This document shows, piece after piece, positions 25,098 through 32,000 of a DNA stretch of 32,000 bases (position 1 is the stretch's first letter; each line of letters starts with the position of its first letter). The stretch lies in assembly GCF_049243625.1 (NCBI RefSeq), contig NZ_CP046975.1. One strand, given 5' to 3'. Below the pieces are notes generated by a model that ran no database searches, was not told the DNA's origin, and saw only the letters and a list, made by a program, of their open reading frames with translations. The stretch comes from Corynebacterium amycolatum (GTDB lineage: Bacteria > Actinomycetota > Actinomycetes > Mycobacteriales > Mycobacteriaceae). The position numbers and the translations under genes were made by a program.

Positions 25098-25652
25098 ATG
25101 TTTTCCACTCGCACCCAGAAGAATATGTCCACTTCGACGACCTTCACGGGCAAGCGCCCTTCGTTGGAGCACCAGGACAATGGCAATGTGCGAACTTATT
25201 CCGACGATCCGTTTAGGGCTCGCTTCGGACATCGCCTGCCTCGTGGCTTGAGGCAGGAAGCCCGTGGCATGAACTGGCAGAAGTTCAAGGACACTTACTC
25301 CCCCACTAACGGCCCAGTCCAAATCAAGAATTTCGAGGCAACCCGTGGCACCCTGGGCCGCTGGAACTTCAACGCTGATTTGTCGCTGACCGACAAGGAC
25401 GGCCACACTCGCACTTTCACCCAGGAAATCACCGCTATGGGGCCGGTGTCGGCTTGCACCAACTTGCTGGCTGATGCAGGTTACCGCGTTGAAATCGTGG
25501 AATTCCACCAGTTCGAGATTTTCGAAGCTACGGCTACCTTTGTCTACGCAGGCCACAACAATGACCATGTGTGGACCATGGGCTTTGGCCAGACTCCGGA
25601 GGCTTCTGTGCTCTCCGCTTTGGTCTGTGCTGCTAACCGCCTGCATGGCTAA
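25098..25652 (+). CDS. Stand-alone protein homologous to the C-terminal allosteric (LeuA_dimer) domain of 2-isopropylmalate synthase
   Basis: Residues from MNWQKF onward align by eye with the C. glutamicum LeuA C-terminus, recalled from memory. Pairs: WQKFKDTY with WDIFATEY; AMGPVSACTNLLADAGYRVEIVEFHQFE with GNGPLAAYANALEKLGIDVEIQEYNQHA; VWTMGFGQTPEASVLSALVCAANRL with VWGVGIAGSITYASLKAVTSAVNRA. The start is uncertain (ATG 25098, 25125 or 25269). Confidence 0.75.
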   Translation: MFSTRTQKNMSTSTTFTGKRPSLEHQDNGNVRTYSDDPFRARFGHRLPRGLRQEARGMNWQKFKDTYSPTNGPVQIKNFEATRGTLGRWNFNADLSLTDKDGHTRTFTQEITAMGPVSACTNLLADAGYRVEIVEFHQFEIFEATATFVYAGHNNDHVWTMGFGQTPEASVLSALVCAANRLHG

Positions 25653-25701
25653 TGCGCAGGTGACATTCGAGTAGCGCACGAGTAAGAAGTGCACCGATTT
25701 T

Positions 25702-25729
25702 GGGGCTTGGCAGTCGATTGCCAAGCCCC
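25702..25729 (+). terminator. Hairpin after the LeuA-domain gene (I-shaped terminator candidate)
   Basis: GGGGCTTGGCA (25702-25712) pairs with TGCCAAGCCCC (25719-25729), a perfect 11-bp stem. Flanked by TTTT upstream and AAAAAA downstream, so there is no 3' U-tract on the plus strand. Confidence 0.45.
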
Positions 25730-25802
25730 AAAAAATACCCAAATCCTCACCCCCGAATTTTCACCACACCGGAAAAAATTTCCCATTTTCTCACACTCGG
25801 TT

Positions 25803-25840
25803 AACCCCGTTTTGGATACTTAAATCCCTAAAACGGGGTT
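25803..25840 (+). other. Perfect 11-bp inverted repeat abutting the mrpA start region
   Basis: AACCCCGTTTT (25803-25813) pairs with AAAACGGGGTT (25830-25840), with an inner GGAT/ATCC stem. The structure is certain; its function is unknown. Confidence 0.4.
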
Positions 25841-25871
25841 GCATGAACCGGTGGGTTCCATTCATTATGGA

Positions 25872-28800
25872 ATGGTGACTTCCCTCCTGTGCATCCTGTT
25901 CCTTACGGCAGCGATTGCACCATGGACGATTAAGTGGCTCGGAACCCGCGGGTTCCTCGTTCTCAGCCTCCCTCTGGCAGGTGGCGCTATCTACACCGGT
26001 GCCCATCTGGTTCGCTTAGCTCTAGCGAATGCAAACGGGGAAACTTCCGCAATCACGCAACCCGCCGTCACGCATTTTTCGTGGATGCCCATTATCCACT
26101 TGGATGTAAACCTGCGATTAGGCCCTATTGAATCGCTCTTCGGCACACTGGTTTTGACCATCGGCTTTCTCGTACTGGTGTATTGCTCCGGATACTTCGT
26201 CAATCCGCCGCCCGGAAAACGCCGTCGCATAGGCTCCTTCGCAGCCCAGATGGTTGCCTTCGCCGCGGCTATGTACGGCCTGGTCATCAGCGACAGCATC
26301 ATGCTGATGTTTGTCTTCTGGGAAATTACCTCGGTTCTTTCCTTCCTCCTGGTGGGCTACTATGCCGAGCGAGCTTCCTCCCGTCGCGCAGCAGGGCAGG
26401 CGCTCCTGGTCACGACACTTGGCGGGCTAATCATGCTGGTCGGTATCGTCCTGATGGGAGTGACCACCGGGTTCTGGAACTTCTCCGACCTCACAGCACC
26501 TGGCGCGCTGACCACGTCGCAGCTAAACTCCACGGCGGTCTCCACAGCAGCAATCCTGCTGGTCATCGGCGCACTTTCTAAGTCCGCTATCGCGCCCTTC
26601 CACTTCTGGCTGCCCGGCGCAATGGCTGCCCCTACCCCGGTTTCTTCCTTCCTGCACTCGGCAGCGATGGTCAAAGCCGGTGTGTTCCTGGTCGCCCGCC
26701 TCGCGCCAACTTTCAACGCCACCAGCGCGTGGCAACCAATCATCATCCCGCTCGGCCTTTTGACCATGATCATGGGCGGCTGGATGGCTCTGCGCCAGAA
26801 GGATCTCAAGCTGATCATGGCGTATGGCACTGTCAGCCAGTTGGGATTCATCATCACGGTAGCGTCGATAGGCACCCGCGCGACGCTACTGGCCGCCCTG
26901 GCGCTGACTCTCGGCCACGCCATGTTCAAGGCCACGCTGTTTATGATCGCGGGAACGATTGACAGGCTGACTGGTACGCGCGATATCCGTAAGCTCTCCG
27001 GGCTGGGCAAAAAGTCGCCACAGCTGCTGGTGATTTCGATTCTCGCTGCCGCCTCGATGATGGGTGTGCCGCCGTTCTTCGGCTTTGTCGCGAAGGAAGC
27101 GGCGCTGGAGGCCACGCTCAATGCCGAGCCGCTGCACGGAATGCCGTCGGTGTTCACCACCATTGGCCTGGTCGTGGGATCGATTCTGACCGTGGCGTAC
27201 TCTCTGTACCTACTGCGTGCCGCTTTTGCGACCAAGTCCAGCACGCACGCCAGCGGTGGTGGCACTTCTCCTGCCGTCGCCGAGATGGATTCCCCGACCT
27301 GGGATCAGATTGGCCCGGCATGGCTGCTCGCGCTGGCAGGTTTGGTTTTCGGCCTGGTTCCGCGCGTCCTCGACTCGATTATCTCGCCTTACCTCACCAG
27401 CGCATTCCCGAATACGGAAGCAGAATCGCACCTGGCTCTCTGGCACGGATTCACCCTTCCGCTGGCGCTGACGGCCACAATTCTGCTCGCGGGTGCCATC
27501 ATGCATTGGCAGCGTAATCTGGTGCGTCAGCTGCAGTTTGATCAACCGGCTCTCGGTAGTGCCGATGCGCTTTACGACGGAATCCTGGACTTGGCCCGCC
27601 GTCTTTCTCTCCGTGTCACTGCTGCGACCCAGCGTGGTTCCCTCCCGTTAAATGAAGCGGTCATTTTGCTGACCCTCATCGTGCTGTCCATCGGTGCGTT
27701 GTTGCTCGGCGAGCGCGATGAGCTGCGAATGGAACTGTGGGACTCAGCTCCGCAGGGTGCAGTTGCGCTCATCATGATTATCGCGGCGCTGGCCGCTACC
27801 CGGCAGAAGAACAGGCTTTCCGGAGTCATCCTGGTAGGCGTGACCGGCTACGGCTTGGCCATTATCTTCGCCATGTTCGGCGCACCTGACTTAGCTCTGA
27901 CGCAGCTGCTGGTTGAGACGGTCTCAATGATTATTTTCGTGTTGGTGTTGCGTACGCTCTCCCCGCGGGCACCGGCATCGAACCCGAGGTGGACACGACA
28001 CCGTGCTTGGTTGGCCATTGCAGTCGGTGTCACGGTTCCCGTGTTGGCCGCCTACGCCATGGGCTCCCGTCGTACTGAGCCAATCTCGGGTGACATTCCG
28101 CCGCTGGCGCACGATATTGGACACGGCCAGAATGCAGTCAACGTACTGCTTGTCGACATCCGCGCCTGGGACACCTTCGGTGAAATCACCGTGCTGGTGA
28201 TGGTGGCTCTGGGGATTACCTCACTGGTCTTCCGCACGCATACCATGCATATGCGTTCAAAGATTAAGCCGCAGCGGAATCGAGCTCGCCGCACCAACCG
28301 TTGGTTGAACACTCTCGATGAGTCCGGTGAAGCCGAGCGGTTGCGCTACCCGATCATGGTGCTGGTGGCATCGCGCGTGCTCTTCCCCGCCATGATGGTG
28401 GTTTCCTTCTATCTCTTTTTTGCCGGCCATAACGATGTCGGCGGTGGCTTCGCCGGTGGTCTCGTGGCTGCGCTGGCACTGACCATGCGTTATCTCATCG
28501 GTGGTCGTCGTGAGTTGGCGGCAACTCTGCCGATTCCTAACGAGATACTTCTCGGCGGCGGTCTGCTGGTGTCGGCACTCAGCGCGTTGTGGCCACTGTT
28601 TGTGGGGTGGGCACCGCTAACTTCTACGTATGGCTCGCGGGAAATTCCGCTGCTCGGCGATGTCACTGTTGTCTCCCCCATGCTCTTTGATCTGGGTGTG
28701 TACATGATTGTGGTTAGCACGATTGTCTACATCCTGCGCAGTTTGGGCGGTGGCATCGATGCTCAGATAAACCTTCGCGCTGAGCGCGATCGTTCACGTC

Positions 28801-29009
28801 GTGTGAATCGAGCCGCACTCGGCCAGTCCCGCCAGCTGCGCAGCAAGTTGGCGGCGGCTAAGCCCGCAGGTGTTAAGTCCGCAGGCGCTAACCCCGCAAG
28901 CGTTAAACCTGCCGGCACTAAACCCGCAGGCTCTGCCAACACAGCCACCTCAGAGGCCTCAGAAACGACAGCCCCAGCTAGGACCGAAGGAAAGGACACT
29001 CACCAGTGA
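25872..29009 (+). CDS. mrpA: Mrp-type Na+(K+)/H+ antiporter subunit A fused to subunit B (MnhA-MnhB)
   Basis: Polytopic NuoL-like protein (WEITSVLSFLLVGY, proton-pump fold) followed by MnhB-like GHNDVGGGFAGGLVAA. The start is uncertain: ATG 25872 gives MVTSLLCILFL...; the track uses TTG 25839; GTG 25851 is also possible. Confidence 0.92.
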   Translation: MVTSLLCILFLTAAIAPWTIKWLGTRGFLVLSLPLAGGAIYTGAHLVRLALANANGETSAITQPAVTHFSWMPIIHLDVNLRLGPIESLFGTLVLTIGFLVLVYCSGYFVNPPPGKRRRIGSFAAQMVAFAAAMYGLVISDSIMLMFVFWEITSVLSFLLVGYYAERASSRRAAGQALLVTTLGGLIMLVGIVLMGVTTGFWNFSDLTAPGALTTSQLNSTAVSTAAILLVIGALSKSAIAPFHFWLPGAMAAPTPVSSFLHSAAMVKAGVFLVARLAPTFNATSAWQPIIIPLGLLTMIMGGWMALRQKDLKLIMAYGTVSQLGFIITVASIGTRATLLAALALTLGHAMFKATLFMIAGTIDRLTGTRDIRKLSGLGKKSPQLLVISILAAASMMGVPPFFGFVAKEAALEATLNAEPLHGMPSVFTTIGLVVGSILTVAYSLYLLRAAFATKSSTHASGGGTSPAVAEMDSPTWDQIGPAWLLALAGLVFGLVPRVLDSIISPYLTSAFPNTEAESHLALWHGFTLPLALTATILLAGAIMHWQRNLVRQLQFDQPALGSADALYDGILDLARRLSLRVTAATQRGSLPLNEAVILLTLIVLSIGALLLGERDELRMELWDSAPQGAVALIMIIAALAATRQKNRLSGVILVGVTGYGLAIIFAMFGAPDLALTQLLVETVSMIIFVLVLRTLSPRAPASNPRWTRHRAWLAIAVGVTVPVLAAYAMGSRRTEPISGDIPPLAHDIGHGQNAVNVLLVDIRAWDTFGEITVLVMVALGITSLVFRTHTMHMRSKIKPQRNRARRTNRWLNTLDESGEAERLRYPIMVLVASRVLFPAMMVVSFYLFFAGHNDVGGGFAGGLVAALALTMRYLIGGRRELAATLPIPNEILLGGGLLVSALSALWPLFVGWAPLTSTYGSREIPLLGDVTVVSPMLFDLGVYMIVVSTIVYILRSLGGGIDAQINLRAERDRSRRVNRAALGQSRQLRSKLAAAKPAGVKSAGANPASVKPAGTKPAGSANTATSEASETTAPARTEGKDTHQ
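28860..28934 (+). repeat. Five in-frame tandem 15-bp repeats encoding (K/N)(P/S)A(G/S)X pentapeptides in the MrpA tail
   Basis: AAGCCCGCAGGTGTT / AAGTCCGCAGGCGCT / AACCCCGCAAGCGTT / AAACCTGCCGGCACT / AAACCCGCAGGCTCT encode KPAGV KSAGA NPASV KPAGT KPAGS. Confidence 0.9.
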
Positions 29010-29521
29010 TTCTCAATTTTGTTCTGCTAGCTACTGTCGGCACACTGATCGCTACAGGGGTGTACCTGTTCCTCGATCGTTCGTTGACAAGGATGCTCAT
29101 GGGACTGTTGCTGATGGGCAACGGTATCAACCTGCTCATCCTGCTTGGTTCCGGTTCCCCGGGGCAGCCACCGATTTGGGATAGAGAATCGCTAGTCAGC
29201 GATGCCCAGGCCGACTCGCTGCCTCAGGCCTTCATCCTCACCGCGATTGTTATTTCCATGGGCATGACCGCATTCCTGTTGGCTCTGCTCTATCGCCAGC
29301 ACCGCTACCGCATCGGCGATCACGTGCAAGATGACCACGAGGACCGCAGCCTGGCAATGCGTCGGGCCAGCGACCCATCAGCTGCTCCGGATCACGACAA
29401 ATCCGACGACCCCACCACCGGTCGACCCACAGAGGCCGGCGATAGCTTCGGTCCGGCCAGTTTCGAAAAGCCCGTGACCCCGCCATCAAACTCCCCAGGA
29501 GGTGACGACGATGACGACTGA
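29006..29521 (+). CDS. mrpC: Mrp antiporter subunit C (NuoK-like) with an acidic C-terminal extension
   Basis: MILNFVLLATVGTLIATGVYLFLDRSLTRMLMGLLLMGNGINLLIL. GTGA overlap with the mrpA stop. The tail ends in GGDDDDD. Confidence 0.9.
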   Translation: MILNFVLLATVGTLIATGVYLFLDRSLTRMLMGLLLMGNGINLLILLGSGSPGQPPIWDRESLVSDAQADSLPQAFILTAIVISMGMTAFLLALLYRQHRYRIGDHVQDDHEDRSLAMRRASDPSAAPDHDKSDDPTTGRPTEAGDSFGPASFEKPVTPPSNSPGGDDDDD

Positions 29522-31214
29522 GCAACTAATTCTCGCACTAATTCCGCTGCCTATCATCGTCCCCGCCGCCACCGCCGCAATTGCTCTGCTGCTGGCGCGT
29601 TTCCCCAAAGCACAGCAGGCGATCGCGCTGTTTTCGCTCGGCAGTCTGCTGGGAGTCGCCAGCGCCTTGGTGTATCTCATCTACGCGCACGGCGTCCACA
29701 CTGTCCAGGTGGGTGGCTGGGACGCACCAATCGGCATCACGCTCGTAGCCGACAACCTCGCAGTGTTGATGATTACCGTCTCTCAGCTGGTCCTCTTTGC
29801 CGTGATGTGGTTCGGCATCGGCCAGGGTATTAGCGATGGTGACGAAGATGAGCCGATCTCCGTCTTCGTTCCGACGTACATGCTGCTCAACATGGGCGTC
29901 TCAATGGCCTTCTTGGCTGGCGACCTGTTCAATATGTATGTCGGTTTCGAAGTTCTGCTCGTAGCCTCCTACGTGCTGCTCACGCTGGGGGCATCGTCGT
30001 CACGCACGCGCGCAGGCGTGTCGTATGTGATGGTCAACATGCTGTCCTCGATGGTGTTCCTGCTGGCGATTGGCCTGGTTTATCAAGCGGTGGGCACGGT
30101 GAACTTCGCGCATATTTCTCTGCGTATGGAGGACATCCCCGATGGCACCCGCACCGCGATTTTCGCAGTGCTGCTCGTTGCCTTCGCAGTGAAGGCAGCA
30201 GTGTTCCCGCTGTCGGCGTGGTTGCCAGACTCCTACCCCACCGCACCGTCGATGGTTACCGCGGTCTTCGCAGGGCTGCTGACGAAGGTGGGTGTCTACG
30301 CGATCATCCGCACGCGCAGTGTCGTTTTCCCAGACGGCAGGCTTGACGACGTCCTGATGTGGGCCGGCCTAGCGACAATGCTCATGGGCATTCTCGGTGC
30401 CATGGCCCAAAATGACATCAAACGTCTCTTGTCTTTTACGCTGGTATCCCACATCGGATACATGATCTTCGGTATTGCCGTCGGCAATACGCTGGGACTC
30501 GGCGGCGCGATTTTCTACATCGTCCACCACATTCTGGTGCAGACGGCATTGTTCCTGGTGGTCGGGCTTATCGAGCGCCAGGCGGGCTCGTCCTCCCTGC
30601 GCAGCCTCGGTAGTCTGGCCAAGACGTCGCCGCTGCTGGCGTTGCTATACCTCGTGCCCGCGCTCAACCTCGGTGGTATCCCGCCGTTCTCAGGCTTCCT
30701 GGGCAAGGTCATGCTCATTGAGGCCGGCGCACAGAACGGATCCGCCACCGCATGGATTCTGGTTGCGGGATCTATCATCACCAGCCTGCTGACCCTCTAC
30801 ACCATGATTCTTGTCTGGTCGAAGGCCTTCTGGCGCGACCGTTCCGACGCCCCCGAGGGCGACACCGTGCTTGCGCAGCCAGCCGCGCTCCGGGAAAGGA
30901 CTCAGATGGTTGCTATCGCAGAGCGTGACGACGTCGGCAAGATGCCACTCGGCATGGTGATGCCGACGGCCCTGCTGGTGATTGCCTCTGTGGGGGTTAC
31001 CGTTCTGGCCGGGCCACTGTCCAATGTGGCTACCGAAGCGGCAAGCAACGTCGCGAATGTTGATGAGTACCGCGCAGCGGTCCTCGGTATCGACTCGGCC
31101 GATGACAAGGGCCTGGAGCAGCTGGAAAACCCAGGCCGCACCAAGAGCCCATGGAAGTCGGATTCAGCGACCGAACGTGCCACCAGCACGCTGGAAGGAG
31201 CAGGTGAAAGCTGA
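29511..31214 (+). CDS. mrpD: Mrp antiporter subunit D (NuoN/NuoM-like)
   Basis: Polytopic protein with FEVLLVASYVLL and WLPDSYPTAPSMVTAVFAGLLTKVG. I prefer ATG 29511 because AGGAGG lies 8 nt upstream. The track uses GTG 29502. Confidence 0.93.
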   Translation: MTTEQLILALIPLPIIVPAATAAIALLLARFPKAQQAIALFSLGSLLGVASALVYLIYAHGVHTVQVGGWDAPIGITLVADNLAVLMITVSQLVLFAVMWFGIGQGISDGDEDEPISVFVPTYMLLNMGVSMAFLAGDLFNMYVGFEVLLVASYVLLTLGASSSRTRAGVSYVMVNMLSSMVFLLAIGLVYQAVGTVNFAHISLRMEDIPDGTRTAIFAVLLVAFAVKAAVFPLSAWLPDSYPTAPSMVTAVFAGLLTKVGVYAIIRTRSVVFPDGRLDDVLMWAGLATMLMGILGAMAQNDIKRLLSFTLVSHIGYMIFGIAVGNTLGLGGAIFYIVHHILVQTALFLVVGLIERQAGSSSLRSLGSLAKTSPLLALLYLVPALNLGGIPPFSGFLGKVMLIEAGAQNGSATAWILVAGSIITSLLTLYTMILVWSKAFWRDRSDAPEGDTVLAQPAALRERTQMVAIAERDDVGKMPLGMVMPTALLVIASVGVTVLAGPLSNVATEAASNVANVDEYRAAVLGIDSADDKGLEQLENPGRTKSPWKSDSATERATSTLEGAGES

Positions 31215-31867
31215 TGAGTAAAGCGCGCGCCAAGGTGGCTGCAAAGCGACCACCACGTATTTCAATCCTGCTCTTCTTATTCACAGTGATTATTTGGGTC
31301 ATGCTGTGGGGCGAGGTGACATTTGCCAATGTGCTCTCGGGAATCCTTGTAGCCACGTTGCTGAACCTCGCCATGCCTATCCCGCCAAGCAGCGCACTGG
31401 ACATCAACTTCGGTGGCATGGTGCGACTGTTCGGTTCTTGGACAATCGACTTCGTGAAGGCCTCTATCAGTGTCGCCTGGCTGGCCATCCGACGAGATGA
31501 TCCGCCACCGACTGCCATTATCAAGGTCCCCATGCGGACCAATGACGATATTTCGCTCACGACTGCAATGGCACTAATTAATCTGCAGCCGGGCGGCATC
31601 ATCGTGGACATCGATAAGCGAAAAAAAACGCTGACCATGCATCTTCTCGACGCTTCGTCGACAGGCAAGGTAGCTGAACAAATCAACCAGCTGACCCGAA
31701 TCGAGCGACGGGTGATTCGCGCGTTTGAGAACCGCGATGTACATGAGCAACCGACTAAGCCAGGCTCTGGCGAAGAGCAGCCGAGCAGTGCGAAAAGCCG
31801 CGAGCAAGGCGAAACGAGCAGCGAAAAAGGGGAGAAAGGAGCAGTCGATGAACCCGGAAGTTTTTAA
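31214..31867 (+). CDS. mrpE: Mrp antiporter subunit E with a hydrophilic C-terminal extension
   Basis: ATGA overlap with the mrpD stop. MnhE-like N-terminal helices (LLFLFTVIIWVMLWGEVTFANVLSGILVA) and position in the operon. Confidence 0.85.
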   Translation: MSKARAKVAAKRPPRISILLFLFTVIIWVMLWGEVTFANVLSGILVATLLNLAMPIPPSSALDINFGGMVRLFGSWTIDFVKASISVAWLAIRRDDPPPTAIIKVPMRTNDDISLTTAMALINLQPGGIIVDIDKRKKTLTMHLLDASSTGKVAEQINQLTRIERRVIRAFENRDVHEQPTKPGSGEEQPSSAKSREQGETSSEKGEKGAVDEPGSF

Positions 31868-32000
31868 CATTCTGCTCGGCGTAGCTGCTGCAGGCTATTT
31901 CATTGCGGTGATGATTACCCTCGGGCACATGATCGCAGGACCAAACTCGCTGGACCGCCTGGTGGCCCTGGAGTCCATGACTGCAATGTTGCAGGGCATG
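31848..32000 (+). CDS. mrpF: Mrp antiporter subunit F; 3' end cut by the window edge
   Basis: Absent from the ORF track (open-ended). ATG at 31848 with AAAGGAG 6 nt upstream. Translates to MNPEVFNILLGVAAAGYFIAVMITLGHMIAGPNSLDRLVALESMTAMLQGM, which carries the MnhF-like GP..LDR..A motif. Overlaps the mrpE end by 20 nt. Confidence 0.8.
   Translation, partial: MNPEVFNILLGVAAAGYFIAVMITLGHMIAGPNSLDRLVALESMTAMLQGM

Noticed and set aside
25062-25742. 226-aa minus-strand ORF covering the LeuA-domain gene
   Set aside because: The plus-strand frame aligns block by block with the LeuA regulatory domain. The minus-strand product has no recognisable features.
26360-27265. 301-aa minus-strand ORF inside mrpA
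   Set aside because: It is antisense to a clear polytopic MrpA sequence.

Overview
The window looks like chromosomal DNA from a high-GC actinobacterium, most likely a Corynebacterium (inferred from gene order and protein motifs; no database search was possible). Most of it is housekeeping. On the minus strand there is a conserved cluster: folP (runs off the left edge), folE, ftsH, hpt, tilS, an amidase-signature gene and a PBP4-type dacB. It is followed by ppa, a rhodanese gene, metE behind a cobalamin riboswitch, a signal-less DyP peroxidase, ppk2, a DIP1984-like small gene, groEL behind two CIRCE operators, an M20 dipeptidase and a stand-alone LeuA regulatory-domain protein. The right end holds an mrp cation/proton antiporter operon: fused mrpAB, then mrpC, D, E and F, with F running off the right edge. 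The one clearly accessory locus is at 10.2-15.1 kb. A MarR regulator with poly-lysine tails is translationally coupled (GTGA overlap) to a 1349-aa single-module NRPS. That NRPS has the A-T-(2 TM + hexapeptide-repeat domain) x3 layout of epsilon-poly-L-lysine synthetase (Pls). My hand-derived specificity code, DAESIGTVVK, looks lysine-like. This is my best candidate for an interesting system, but it belongs to a known enzyme family rather than a wholly new one. Other points: a 115-bp repeat occurs in two convergent-gene spacers and shows compensatory base changes in a long hairpin. Dense micro-tandem repeats flank it. A 13-nt poly-C tract lies in the ppa 3' region. Five in-frame 15-bp repeats lie in the mrpA tail. 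Four genes carry a TANNNT-N7-ATG (leaderless-type) promoter pattern. I found no tRNA, rRNA, CRISPR, transposase, phage or recognisable defence genes. Many long ORFs in the supplied track are antisense artefacts of high GC content.
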